Assembly: GCA_963705165.1 (NCBI GenBank)
Contig: CAVPJD010000017.1
Location: 32,593 to 96,592, forward strand
From: an uncultured delta proteobacterium
GTDB lineage: Bacteria > Desulfobacterota > Syntrophia > Syntrophales > UBA2192
Length of the DNA stretch: 64,000 nucleotides
Direction: 5' to 3'
How positions within the stretch are numbered: position 1 is the first letter of the stretch; each line of letters starts with the position of its first letter. Under the pieces are notes generated by a model. That model searched no databases. It saw nothing but the letters and a program-made list of their open reading frames with translations, and was not told where the DNA came from. A program made the translations under genes and the position numbers. This document shows, in pieces, positions 26,957-37,119 of this stretch.

Positions 26957-29222
26957 CGTAGACTTTCAGATCGTATGAGATGCCGCCCGTGACGTTGAAG
27001 GTCTTCGAGTGGACGTAGCTCTGCTCGAAGGTGATCCCCGCCACGGGATAGGTGCTGTATCCGTCTTCGCCGCTCACCCCTGCACGCAGGTAGACAGCCG
27101 ACATCCACTTCTTCTCGTAGCGGATGCAGTTGACCCACTGGATCGAGGGGGTCAGCAGGAGGGACCACTCGTATTTCGGACTGTAGTAGTCTACGTCCTG
27201 CTTGGAGTAGGTCCCGTAATAGCCCTCGATGCCGCCCCGGATCTTGACGTCGGGATGGTTGTACAGATTCTGGTTATAGCGGATCGTCCCGTAGGTATAG
27301 ACATTGTCGTCGGAGAACCACTGGGTTCCGCCCCCGATCCCGTATTCCCTCAGATCGCTCTCGACGTAGAGGACGTCGAGGGCGGCACTGTCGGCCGTGA
27401 CCCCCCGGGATGCCGGCCGGATCGGGACACTGGGGGTGTAGGGAACGTACTCCGCCGTAATTCTCAGGGCATCGGTGGGACGCCACTGCAGCCGCGTGTC
27501 CATCCCGAAGTTATCGCCCTCCGTGACGTCAAATCCCAGGCCCAGCCACCAGACGAGTTCAGGGAGAACAATCCAGCGGAAACCGAAGCCTGCCCGGTTC
27601 CAGTCGGCACGGCTCGCTCCATCGTCCGAATTGTCCCAGGCCTCGGTGCGCTGGATCCGGCCGTACAGGGCGAACAGCGGCGTGATCGGTTTTTCGAGCG
27701 TGAGCGAGGCCCCGTACTCCGTGCTCCCCGTGAATTCCTGGATGAAGAAAAACCCCGCCTCCAGGTGCCACATCATGTCCACCTGGAGCGTCTCCCAGAG
27801 GTCCCTGACATTGAGATCCGTCGGGTGCCGGAACCGCAGATCGTCGGCCAGCGCCATCGCCTCCCGCCGGTAATTGAGTTCGCGGAGGGTCCAGCCCAGT
27901 CCGGTGAGGTTCCGGGAATCCTGCGGATCGAGGTTTCGGTTGATTTCGAACTGCTCCTGGGCCAGTCGGGGCCACTGGCGCCAGAGATAGGCATGGGCCA
28001 GGCCTGTTCGCAGATTCGTGTTGGCGGCGGCTTCGGCCAGGTAATCATCGAAATAGGCCTCCGCCTCCTTCAGCTTGTCCTTCGAGAGGAGGTACCAGCC
28101 CTTCACGACAATCACGTTGTTCCTGGCGGCAAGATACTGCTTGCGCTTTTCGACCGATGCGCTGTCGTCGAGCTGTCTTCTCATCTCCGCCAGGAGGCCG
28201 TCGATTTGCTGCAGGGTTTCGTCCGCCTTGTCCCATCGACGAAGATCGGTGTACACGTTTACGAGACCGAGCAGCGCTTTGAGCGGGCTCTCGGGATTGC
28301 TTTCCAGGGCTTGCCGGTAGTGGACTTCGGCCTCTTCGGGCTTTCGGAGATAGAGGCATGCGTCGCCCGCAGCCTCACTGACCCACCAGGGGACGGGCTT
28401 GCCGGATCGCTTGAGCGTTTCCAACTGCGCCAGGGCATCCGTCATCCTGTCCACCCGGCTGAGCGCGACGATGTAATCTCCCCGCGCCGCCGTATTTTCA
28501 GGATCCTTGGCGAGAATCGCTTCCAGCTCGGCGATGGCGGCCTCGTTTTCCCCCCACCTCAGTTTCCGAAGGGAAGACCCGATTCGCTCCGCTTCGGGAT
28601 CCTTCGACAATTTCCCCTCAGCGGCCCCGGGCTCGTCGTGGCGCCTCACCCCGAAGAGGTCTGCGGCAGATTTCCGCATCGTGAGGATTGTCGCATCCGG
28701 GAGAACCTTTTCCTGCTCCGCTTTCTCGATGGCCCTGTGCGCCCCGTCGGTATCCCCCAGCCTCAGATAACTGAATACGACCCCCTTGAAAGCCTCCTCG
28801 TCCTTCGGATCGTAGGACCAGCCCAGGCGATAGAGGTCCAGGGCCTGAGGATACTCCCACAGATCGTAATAGGCCCTCGCCACATGGCGGGGCACATACG
28901 GGATGGCCCGAAGCTCCGTTTCATGACGCTTGAAGAGGTCCACGGCCTTTTGCTGCTGGCCCGTCCAGCTCAGGCACAGGATATAGTCGGCCAGGAGGTG
29001 CCTGTCGTCCGGAAGGGCCTTCAGGGCCCGCTCCAGCAGGGGGAGCGCCTCGGCGTTGCGCCCGGCCCGGATAAGCTTCAGGGCTTCCTGATAGTCCGCT
29101 TTCGCCTGGGCCGCGGGGTCCATGGGAACATTGGATTCCGGGGGGCTGGCAAGGACAGGAAGAGGCAGGAGCGCAAAGGCAAGGGCTAGGACAAGGGCTG
29201 TTATTCCAGCTCTTTTGAGCAT
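26901..29222 (-). CDS. pgaA: PNAG export porin PgaA (TPR + beta-barrel)
   Basis: Signal peptide, TPRs, ADYI and ARGDYIVAL, DYYSP, C-terminal LNWYF; operon position. Confidence 0.9.
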   Translation of the reverse strand: MLKRAGITALVLALAFALLPLPVLASPPESNVPMDPAAQAKADYQEALKLIRAGRNAEALPLLERALKALPDDRHLLADYILCLSWTGQQQKAVDLFKRHETELRAIPYVPRHVARAYYDLWEYPQALDLYRLGWSYDPKDEEAFKGVVFSYLRLGDTDGAHRAIEKAEQEKVLPDATILTMRKSAADLFGVRRHDEPGAAEGKLSKDPEAERIGSSLRKLRWGENEAAIAELEAILAKDPENTAARGDYIVALSRVDRMTDALAQLETLKRSGKPVPWWVSEAAGDACLYLRKPEEAEVHYRQALESNPESPLKALLGLVNVYTDLRRWDKADETLQQIDGLLAEMRRQLDDSASVEKRKQYLAARNNVIVVKGWYLLSKDKLKEAEAYFDDYLAEAAANTNLRTGLAHAYLWRQWPRLAQEQFEINRNLDPQDSRNLTGLGWTLRELNYRREAMALADDLRFRHPTDLNVRDLWETLQVDMMWHLEAGFFFIQEFTGSTEYGASLTLEKPITPLFALYGRIQRTEAWDNSDDGASRADWNRAGFGFRWIVLPELVWWLGLGFDVTEGDNFGMDTRLQWRPTDALRITAEYVPYTPSVPIRPASRGVTADSAALDVLYVESDLREYGIGGGTQWFSDDNVYTYGTIRYNQNLYNHPDVKIRGGIEGYYGTYSKQDVDYYSPKYEWSLLLTPSIQWVNCIRYEKKWMSAVYLRAGVSGEDGYSTYPVAGITFEQSYVHSKTFNVTGGISYDLKVYDGDYTNVLGLYLALNWYF

Positions 29223-29322
29223 GTGATTCCTAATTTCGGCGGCTCTTTGACTCGGTTAAGGGCTCTGTGTCTCACGCGTAAACCCGGCTCGATCTCGAGC
29301 AATGGTATTTCGCTGTGACACT

Positions 29323-29338
29323 TGCAATCATGGTGCCA
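29323..29338 (-). promoter_or_regulatory. Sigma54 promoter for pgaABCD
   Basis: Minus strand reads TGGCAC-CATGA-TTGCA, a near-consensus -24/-12. Confidence 0.75.
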
Positions 29339-29704
29339 TAATGGCACAAAAGCAAAAAAAGGGCGCCGGAAGACGGCGGCAGTCTCTGCCCGGTCAACAG
29401 TTTGAAATATTTTGCTTTTTGAACCTTGAGGTGGAAGGAGGCAACAGCCCGATGCCACCCCGAAGGTCACCCTTTCGGGAACCCCTCCTTCCGGGAGTGG
29501 TATTTGACTGCAGTTTGCGAAAATACCAGAAAAGGGAAGCCTCTTGCAATGAATTATCGATGGCACCCGTCAGATTTCCTTACACGCCGAAGTTCCGCCT
29601 GTTCCCGCTCCGTGTATTATGGTAAAAGAAAACTTCGTTACATTGGATCCTGTTGTCCCCGATTCACAAGATCTCATCAAAAAAGCATGAAAGGAGTTTC
29701 AGCG

Positions 29705-30538
29705 ATGCAGGCTCTGTTCACCCTTACACCGGCGGAATCGAAGCGGCTCATCGGGAAAGGCATTGCGGCCCTTCCCGAGGTGCAGAACGCGAAAAAGAAC
29801 GGCTACCTCCTCGTGAGCCGCGGCTCCACGACGGCCTATTGCCTCGAGGAAATCATGGGCGAGAAGATCGAGAAGGAGCGCTACCTTGCAGGCCAGACCA
29901 TCCGGGGCGTTATGTGCGTGCTCGACGCCGGGGATCGCGCCAAGCCCATCACCCTCCACAAGGGAGAGGTCCTGCCCGTGGAACCGACCACCGTGGCGGA
30001 CAAGCTGGGCCCCGGCGATATCGTCATCAAGGGGGGCAACGCACTCGATGCCTTCGGCAACGTGGGAGTCATCATGGTCAACCCGGCAGGCGGCACCATG
30101 GGCTCCTTCTACATGGGCATGAAGGCCCGCGGCCTCGAGATCATCTACACGGTGGGCCTCGAGAAACTCATCCCCTCCGTGGAGGAGGCGGCACGCTACG
30201 GCGGCACCATGGTCATCGGCAAATCGATCGGCTGCAAGGCCGGCCTGGCCTGCGTTGCCGACGGAAGGCCCTTCACGGAAATCGACGCCCTGGAAACGCT
30301 CTTCGATGTGTCGGCCATTCACTTTGCCTCGGGCGGATGGGGCGGAGCCGAGGGCTGCGTGACGATCATCGTCGAGGGGCCCGATGAAGGCGTGACGAAG
30401 TGCATGGAATTCATCGAGGGAAAGATCAAGGGCGAACCGGCCCTTCCCGGCATCAAGAGCCCCTGCAAGACCTGCCCGATCGGCGCCTGCAGCTTCAAGG
30501 GCAAGGACGACAAGGATCTGCCCGGCTACCTGAAGTAA
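29705..30538 (+). CDS. Conserved hypothetical protein with C-terminal CxxCxxxxC
   Basis: AAGGAG RBS; LTPAESKRLI, KGGNALD..GN.G, VGLEKLIP, GGWGGAEG; strong codon bias. Confidence 0.85.
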   Translation: MQALFTLTPAESKRLIGKGIAALPEVQNAKKNGYLLVSRGSTTAYCLEEIMGEKIEKERYLAGQTIRGVMCVLDAGDRAKPITLHKGEVLPVEPTTVADKLGPGDIVIKGGNALDAFGNVGVIMVNPAGGTMGSFYMGMKARGLEIIYTVGLEKLIPSVEEAARYGGTMVIGKSIGCKAGLACVADGRPFTEIDALETLFDVSAIHFASGGWGGAEGCVTIIVEGPDEGVTKCMEFIEGKIKGEPALPGIKSPCKTCPIGACSFKGKDDKDLPGYLK

Positions 30539-30544
30539 TCTTCG

Positions 30545-30580
30545 AGGGGCCGGCTGTCGCAGCCGGCCCCTATTCTTTTT
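30545..30580 (+). terminator. Rho-independent terminator
   Basis: 12-bp stem AGGGGCCGGCTG/CAGCCGGCCCCT followed by a T-tract. Confidence 0.75.
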
Positions 30581-30635
30581 CCGACATCATATCTTCGTTC
30601 ACATGCAAGCGCATCCGCACTCGAGGACGTCGACC

Positions 30636-31097
30636 ATGGCCGATTACACGGAAAAGCCGAAAAACTGGAAGGACCTCCCCCCCGAGAAACTGGCCGAGTT
30701 CATGAACAGCCGCAGCGAGGGATACCTCCCGGCGCTGCTGGGCTTCACGCTCGTCTCGGTTTCGAAGGAGCGGGTCGTCGCCCGCATGGCGATCGAAAAG
30801 CACCACCTGGCCCCCAACGATTACCTGCACGCGGCCTCCGTCATTGCATTGGCCGACACGGTTTGCGGATTTGCAACCATCGTCAACCTCCCCGAAGGAG
30901 CAGGGGGCTTCACCACGATCGAACTGAAGACCAACTTCCTCGGCACGGCCCGCGACGGCGCCATCCTCTGCGAGGGCACGCCCGCCCACATCGGAAGGCG
31001 CACCATGGTCTGGGACGCCCGCGTCCGGGACGAGAAGACCGGCCGCGACATCGCCCTTTTCCGCTGCACACAGATGATCCTGCCCAAACCGCAATGA
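30636..31097 (+). CDS. PaaI-family hot-dog thioesterase
   Basis: HLAPNDYLHAASVIALADT, TTIELKTNFL, HIGRRTMVW. Confidence 0.9.
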   Translation: MADYTEKPKNWKDLPPEKLAEFMNSRSEGYLPALLGFTLVSVSKERVVARMAIEKHHLAPNDYLHAASVIALADTVCGFATIVNLPEGAGGFTTIELKTNFLGTARDGAILCEGTPAHIGRRTMVWDARVRDEKTGRDIALFRCTQMILPKPQ

Positions 31098-31145
31098 ACC
31101 GCCTGGGCCGTCTGCCCTCACGAACAAGACCTGGAGCGAATCCAC

Positions 31146-32657
31146 ATGGCAGCAGCAAAGGCCTCGACCCCGGCTAAATTCAAGCTCGAAGAGGCCACCA
31201 TCGCCGACGTCCACCAGGCCTTCAAGTCCGGCGAGCTCACGGCGAAAAAGCTCGTCGAGATGTACCTGAAACGGATCGAGGCCTATGACCAGAAAGGGCC
31301 CAAGCTCAATGCCGTGATCTACGTAAACCCCAAGGCCCTGGAGGAGGCCGCCGCACTGGACGCAAAGTTCAAAAAGTCCGGCCCCGTGGGACCACTCCAC
31401 GGCATCCCCGTGCTTCTCAAGGACAACGTGAACACGAAGGACATGCCCACGACGGGCGGCTCGAAGAGCCTCGAGGGCTATGTGCCCCCGAAAGATGCCT
31501 TCATCACGAAGAAGCTGCGCGATGCGGGCGCCATCATCATCGCCAAGGTGAACCTGCACGAGTTCGCCGTCTGGGGCGAGTCGGTGAGCTCCATGCTCGG
31601 CCAGACCCTGAACCCCTATGACCTCACGCGGACCCCCGGCGGCTCGAGCGGAGGCACCGGCGCGGGCCTGGCGGCCAACTACGGCATCCTCGGGATCGGC
31701 ACCGACACGGTGAACTCCATCCGATCCCCCGCGTCGGCCAACAGCATCGCGGGCATCCGCCCGACGATCGGGCTCGTGAGCCGCGACGGCATCATCCCCT
31801 ACTCCTTCACGCAAGATGCCGCGGGCCCCATGGCCAGGACCGTCACGGACGCAACGAAGATGCTCAACGTGCTCACCGGCTACGACCCCGGCGATCAGGC
31901 AACGGCCTGGAGCGTCGGGTACATCCAGAAGGACTACACCAAGTACCTGAAAAAGGACGGCCTCAAGGGCAAGCGGATCGGCATCCTCCGGAGCTTCTTC
32001 GGCACGCAGCCCATCCACGAGGAAGTGAATGCCGTCACGAACAAGGCCATCGAGGACTGCAAGAAGATGGGCGCGACCATGGTCGAGCTCAACACGCCGG
32101 ACGTCGACTCCGGGAAGATCGCAGGCGAGATCAGCGTCCACCTCTACGACCTGAGGCCGGATCTGGATTCGTACCTGGGCGACCCGAAGGCCAACACCCC
32201 GGTGAAATCCCTCGAGCAGATTATCGCCTCGGGCAAGTTCCACCCCGGCATCGAGAAGAACATCAAGGAGGCCATGACCCTGAAGCGCGACGCGAGCTAC
32301 TTTGAGCGGCTGGCAAAGCGCACGAAACTTCAGGACCGCGTCATGGCGATCATGGCCGAACAGAAGCTCGACGCCCTCATCTTCCCGCACCAGAAGCGGC
32401 CCGTCGTCCCCGTGGGCGGCACCCAGGTCGAGCGCAACGGGAGCCTCGGCTCCGTGACGGGCTTCCCCTCCATCGTCGTGCCCGGCGGGTTCACGAAGCC
32501 CACCGACTCGGCGAAGATCGGCGTGCCCGTGGGGATCGAGTTCCTTGCAAGGCCCTGGACGGAGGGGCTGCTGATCGAGATCGGCTACGCCTACGAGCAG
32601 GGCACGAAGAACCGTCGCCTGCCCGTGACGACACCGAAGCTCGCCGGCGAGATGTAA
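31146..32657 (+). CDS. Amidase signature family enzyme
   Basis: GPLHGIPVLLKDN, PGGSSGG, GTDTVNSIRSPA. Confidence 0.93.
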   Translation: MAAAKASTPAKFKLEEATIADVHQAFKSGELTAKKLVEMYLKRIEAYDQKGPKLNAVIYVNPKALEEAAALDAKFKKSGPVGPLHGIPVLLKDNVNTKDMPTTGGSKSLEGYVPPKDAFITKKLRDAGAIIIAKVNLHEFAVWGESVSSMLGQTLNPYDLTRTPGGSSGGTGAGLAANYGILGIGTDTVNSIRSPASANSIAGIRPTIGLVSRDGIIPYSFTQDAAGPMARTVTDATKMLNVLTGYDPGDQATAWSVGYIQKDYTKYLKKDGLKGKRIGILRSFFGTQPIHEEVNAVTNKAIEDCKKMGATMVELNTPDVDSGKIAGEISVHLYDLRPDLDSYLGDPKANTPVKSLEQIIASGKFHPGIEKNIKEAMTLKRDASYFERLAKRTKLQDRVMAIMAEQKLDALIFPHQKRPVVPVGGTQVERNGSLGSVTGFPSIVVPGGFTKPTDSAKIGVPVGIEFLARPWTEGLLIEIGYAYEQGTKNRRLPVTTPKLAGEM

Positions 32658-32809
32658 TCCTGACCTAACGAGCGAACCGGCTCCCTCGCATCCCCCGATG
32701 CGGGGGGGCTTTTTTCTGCCCGGACAACAGCCGGCAGCAACTTTTCTTGCGCTTTGATGCCGTTGGTTTTATAAGAGACGACAACAACAGAAAGGAGTGC
32801 AGACAGGCG

Positions 32810-33310
32810 ATGGATAAAAGCGGCTACACTCTTCTGCCCAACCGCACCGATCACAAGTGCTTCGGCTGCGGGCCCTCGAATCCCGCGGGCCTGCAGATGC
32901 AATTCTACACAAACGGCGAGACGGTTGCCTCGTGGGTCACGGTGCCGCCCCACCTCTGCGGCTGGAGCAACCTCGCCCACGGCGGCATTCTTTTCACGGC
33001 GCTCGACGAGATCATGGGCCGCTCCATGATCTACCTGCTGCAGCGCTTCGTTCTCACCAAATCAATCGCCATCGAGTATCGGAAACCCGTGCCGCTCGAC
33101 CGGGAGTTCAAGGTGGAGGGAAGGATCCTGGAGGTCCGCAGCGAACGGGAGGCCGCGGCCGAAGGCATCATCACCAACGACGAAGGGGAGATCTGCACGC
33201 GGGCCACGGGGCTCTGGGCCACCTTCACACCTGACTCGGCCCGCAAGCTCGGCATCGCCGACGAGGAGACCTTCCGCTGGTTCGAGCAGGTCATCGCGAC
33301 GAAACGCTGA
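32810..33310 (+). CDS. PaaI-family thioesterase (CFGCG subtype)
   Basis: CFGCGPSNPAGL, HGGILFTALDE. Confidence 0.9.
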   Translation: MDKSGYTLLPNRTDHKCFGCGPSNPAGLQMQFYTNGETVASWVTVPPHLCGWSNLAHGGILFTALDEIMGRSMIYLLQRFVLTKSIAIEYRKPVPLDREFKVEGRILEVRSEREAAAEGIITNDEGEICTRATGLWATFTPDSARKLGIADEETFRWFEQVIATKR

Positions 33311-33400
33311 AGAAGGGTCAAGCGTACGGGGCCAGGGTGTCGATTTTACTTCCGCCCTGTTGTGTGATATTTGTTTCGAAACGATTTCAGGAAATTTCCC

Positions 33401-34673
33401 ATGGCATTGATCATTGAAGGCGGACTCGACCTGCCCATCCCCCGCATGATCCCGGTCCGCCAGAAATTCTCCGAAGCGCAAATCGCGGACATCCAGGGCG
33501 AGATCGAAAGACTCTTCCGGCACGACGGGAAGATGAAGCGGATCCGCGCGCAAAGCCGGATCGCCGTGGCCGTCGGCAGCCGGGGGATTCACGCCATCGA
33601 CCGGATCACGCTGGCTGTCGTCGGGGAACTGAAGCGCCTGGGCGCGAGCCCCTTCATCGTCCCCTCCATGGGAAGCCACGGCGGGGCCACGGCGGAAGGA
33701 CAGAGAAAGGTCCTGGCCGGTTTCGGGATCACCGAAGAGACCATGGGCGCACCCGTCGTCTCTTCCATGGAGACCGTGCAGGTTGGCGAACTCGACGACG
33801 GAACCCCCGTATTCCAGGACAAGGAGGCGTTTTGCAGCGACGGGATCGTGGTCATCAACCGCATCAAGCCGCACACGGCCTTCGTGGGCGACTACGAGAG
33901 CGGGCTTCTCAAGATGGTTGCCATCGGCCTGGGCAAGCACCGGGGGGCCACGGTCTTTCACTCCTGCGGAATGGACCGCTTCGGTGAGCTGCTTCCGCAA
34001 CTGGGCCGGGTGGTCCTGGCGAAGGCCCCGATTCTCTTCGGCCTGGCGGTCATCGAAAACGCCTACGACCGGCCGGCCCGCTTCGAGATCGTCTGGAACG
34101 AGGACATGATCGGGCGGGAAAAGTCCCTGCTCGCTGAATCCAGGGCACTCATGCCGAGGGTCATCCCCGGCAACCTCGACGTCCTCATCGTCCACGAGAT
34201 CGGCAAGGAGATCAGCGGCGCCGGTCTCGACCCCAACATCACGGGGCGCTCGGGTTCGCCTTATTCAACAGGGAGAATTCATGAAACGAAAAGGATCGCG
34301 TCTGAACTTGTCTGCGGCCACGAAGGGCAATGCCACGGGGATCGGTCTGGCCGACGTCACAACGGACAGGGCCGTCACGGCCATGAACCCCGAGACCACG
34401 TGGATCAACTGCATCACCTCGTGTGTGCTGGCCTCGGCGAAACTCCCGATCCACATGCCCACGACCGCGAGGCTATCTTGTTTGCCCTCGAGACCTGCGA
34501 CCCGTGTGAATCACCCGCAGAGCCGCATCGTCTGGATCAGAAACACGCTGGCCCTCGAGCGCATCTGGGCCTCGGAGCCTCTGCTCGAGGAACTGAAGCG
34601 ACATCCGCAGATCGAGATCGCAGGCGACCCGGCGCCCATGCCCTTTGATGAGCAGGGAAATCTTCTCTACTAA
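33401..34673 (+). CDS. LarA-like / DUF2088 protein; frameshifts at ~34270-34300 and ~34460-34500
   Basis: AVGSRGI, PSMGSHGGATAEGQ, NRIKPHT, ESGLLKMVAIGLGKH, GKEISGAGLD; continues GNATGIGLAD and IRNTL in another frame. Confidence 0.8.
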
Positions 34674-34678
34674 AAGAA

Positions 34679-34713
34679 GGGTACAGGGTACAGGGTACAG
34701 GGTTCAGGGTATA
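34679..34713. repeat. Heptamer tandem (GGGTACA) x 5, degenerate
   Basis: GGGTACA GGGTACA GGGTACA GGGTTCA GGGTATA. Confidence 0.85.
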
Positions 34714-34737
34714 GGCGAGATAAGATACAGAAAAGAA

Positions 34738-34783
34738 AATCCCCCTTCCTCCCCCTTTTATAAAAGGGGGAAAGAGGGGGATT
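34738..34783. repeat. CCCCCTTT...AAAGGGGG REP-like palindrome; related copies at ~36954-36993 and ~42459-42491
   Basis: All three copies end in AGAGGGGGATTT and contain a CCCCTTT/AAA(T)GGGG stem. Confidence 0.75.
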
Positions 34784-34829
34784 TGTCTATCTTGCCTTGG
34801 GGCTTGCGGCTTGTGGCTTTCTTCTGGGT

Positions 34830-35669
34830 TCAGCCCCGCACCAGTTCCGCATAGGCTGCCTGGAGACAACGCGTCACAGGGCCGGGGGCGCCTGTTCCAA
34901 CGGGCCGCCCGTCCAGGCGGATGATGGGCGTGATTTCCTTGTTCGTGCCCGTGATGATGATCTCGCTTGCCCGGTTCAGTTCCTCGCCCCGGAATTCCTT
35001 CTCCTTGTATGCGATCCCGATCTTGCGGCAGAGTTCCAGCACGACGCCCCGGGTGACCCCGGAGAGGATGAAGTTGCCGAGCGGGTGCGTGTGAATGTGC
35101 CCGTTGAAGACGGCCAGCACATTGGTGTGCGTCCCCTCGGTGACGACGCCGTCGCGGACGAAGATGGCCTCCTCGGCCCCCTTCTCCTTTGCCTGCTGGA
35201 CGGCCAGGACACTGCCCAGCAGACCGATGGCCTTGATGTCGCAGCGCGACCAGCGGAATTCGGGGACGAGGATGGCGCCTACGCCCTTTTCGCGCATCTC
35301 GGCCGATGACGGGGCGGGGGAGATGAGCACCATCGTCGTCGCAGAAACGGGTGGGACCGGGAAGGTGTGCTTGCGCGGAGCCACGCCCCGGGTGACCTGG
35401 AAATAGATCAGGCTGTCCACCTGCTCCAGCCCGTTCATGGCGATCAGTTTTGCGCCGGCCACTGCCAGATCCACGACCCCCGGGAAATCGATACACGTCT
35501 CGCGCAGGCTGCGGGCCAGCCGGTCCATGTGCTCGGCCATTCTGAAGGGTTTGCCGCCGTAGGCGCGAACGACTTCGTACACCCCGTCGGAGAACAGGAA
35601 GCCCCGGTCATCGGGCGAGATGTGAATGTCATCTTTTTGCAGGAAGCTGCCGTTGAAATAAGCGGTCAC
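34830..35669 (-). CDS. dat: D-amino acid aminotransferase (PLP fold IV)
   Basis: DRGFLFSDGVYEV, H..RL..S, YFQVTRG.APRKH, RWSRCDIK, TEG..TN, ILSGVTR. Confidence 0.88.
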   Translation of the reverse strand: MTAYFNGSFLQKDDIHISPDDRGFLFSDGVYEVVRAYGGKPFRMAEHMDRLARSLRETCIDFPGVVDLAVAGAKLIAMNGLEQVDSLIYFQVTRGVAPRKHTFPVPPVSATTMVLISPAPSSAEMREKGVGAILVPEFRWSRCDIKAIGLLGSVLAVQQAKEKGAEEAIFVRDGVVTEGTHTNVLAVFNGHIHTHPLGNFILSGVTRGVVLELCRKIGIAYKEKEFRGEELNRASEIIITGTNKEITPIIRLDGRPVGTGAPGPVTRCLQAAYAELVRG

Positions 35670-35685
35670 GGGATCATCCCCCCTT

Positions 35686-36930
35686 TTATAATCTTGCCTT
35701 CTCGTTTTCGATCATCTTCGCGAAGCGTTTTATCCCTTCCTCGATCTGGGCCGGTGTGGCCATGCTGAAGCTGGCCCGCATATAGTTCTTCAGGCCCCCC
35801 GTTGTCGAGAAGCCGAAGCCCGGCACGAGAAGGACCCCCAGGGCGACTCCGTCCGTCTCCACCATCCGCTCCGTGTCGAACCCCGCAGGCAGCTCGAACC
35901 ACAGGAACATGCCCTCGTTGGGGATGTTGTACCGGATGTCTGCGGGCAGGTGCCTGCGCGCAGACTCGACCATGGCGTCGCGGTTTGCCCGGTAGAAGCG
36001 GCAGTTCTCCCGGATGAGGGCCCGGAACTCCTCGTGCGTATGGCCGGCGAGGAAACCCGTCAGCAGCGTCTGGTCCATGGCGCTGGTGTGAAGATTGGTG
36101 CCCTGTTTGTAGAGCTGAAAGGCCCCGATGATCTCCGCGGGCCCCGAGGCGTAGCCGAGACGAAGGCCCGGGGCAAAGATCTTGGAAAAGCTGTCGAGGC
36201 GCACCACGCGCCCCTCGCGGTCCATGGACTGCAGCGTGGGCCAGGGATCCCGGTCGCCCAGCTGCACGAGCTGGTAGGGGTCGTCCTCGAGGACAGGCAG
36301 ATCGAAGCGCGAGGCGATCTCGAGCAGGTTCCGCCTGCGCTCGACGGACAGGGCCACCCCGGCCGGGTTGTGGCCGTTGGGGACCTCGTAGATGAATTTC
36401 GGCATGGGCTGGCCGGCTTTCTTGCGCGCCTCGAGAATCTTCTCCAGCTCCTTCGTCTGCATCCCCTCGGCATCAATCGGGACGGGGATGAAGTTTTCCG
36501 TGAAGGCCCGGAAGGCGCCCAGGGCGCCCGGGTAGGCCGGCTCGGAGAGAATCACCCCGTCCTCCGGGTCCAGGAACAGGTAGGCCATGATATGCAGCCC
36601 CTCCTGGGCCCCCGTGAGGACCTGGATCTGCTCGGGCTTGAGATCGACACCGTCTTTCGCCTTGTGCCAGGCAAGCAGGTGAGGCTTGAGTTCCATGTGG
36701 GCGTCCGTGGGACCGTACTGGCAGGCGAGGTCCATGGCGCCTTCCCGGATGGAGAAGCGCCGGCCGCTCTTGAAGACGACATCCATGGTCTCGAAGGCGA
36801 AGGTCTTTGCGTTCGGGTAGCCGCCTCCCAGGGAAATCATCCCCGGCTGCCGCATCAGGGGGACGAGCTTGCGAATCGGCGAAGGGGCAAGCCCCTTCGT
36901 GCGTTTTGCCATGAGGTGCTTGAAGTCCAT
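35686..36930 (-). CDS. PLP-dependent class I aminotransferase (LysN/2-aminoadipate transaminase-like)
   Basis: SPIR, ISLGGGYP, QYGPT, NPAG, EDDPY, SFSKIFAPGLRLG, GMFLW. Confidence 0.88.
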   Translation of the reverse strand: MDFKHLMAKRTKGLAPSPIRKLVPLMRQPGMISLGGGYPNAKTFAFETMDVVFKSGRRFSIREGAMDLACQYGPTDAHMELKPHLLAWHKAKDGVDLKPEQIQVLTGAQEGLHIMAYLFLDPEDGVILSEPAYPGALGAFRAFTENFIPVPIDAEGMQTKELEKILEARKKAGQPMPKFIYEVPNGHNPAGVALSVERRRNLLEIASRFDLPVLEDDPYQLVQLGDRDPWPTLQSMDREGRVVRLDSFSKIFAPGLRLGYASGPAEIIGAFQLYKQGTNLHTSAMDQTLLTGFLAGHTHEEFRALIRENCRFYRANRDAMVESARRHLPADIRYNIPNEGMFLWFELPAGFDTERMVETDGVALGVLLVPGFGFSTTGGLKNYMRASFSMATPAQIEEGIKRFAKMIENEKARL

Positions 36931-37025
36931 GGTTTTCTTCTCCGAAGATTTTCAAATCCTCCCCCTTTGGGAAAGGGGGGCAGAGGGGGATTTGTTGAAG
37001 ACGAAACGATCGTACCGATTCAGGT

Positions 37026-37075
37026 AAAAAACAGCAGCTGGAGCGGGCCGCTTATCCGGGTGGCCCGCTCCAGCT
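37026..37075 (-). terminator. Terminator-like hairpin after the TAXI gene
   Basis: 14-bp stem AGCTGGAGCGGGCC/GGCCCGCTCCAGCT, with a T-tract shortly after on the minus strand. Confidence 0.65.
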
Positions 37076-37119
37076 CTGTGTGCATTTGTAATGCGTCGGT
37101 TGACAGTACGCCGGGCGCT

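Noticed and set aside
34679..34783. Possible CRISPR array in the short repeat tracts
   Set aside because: Units are 7-bp tandems or palindromes with no unique spacers, and no cas genes are present.
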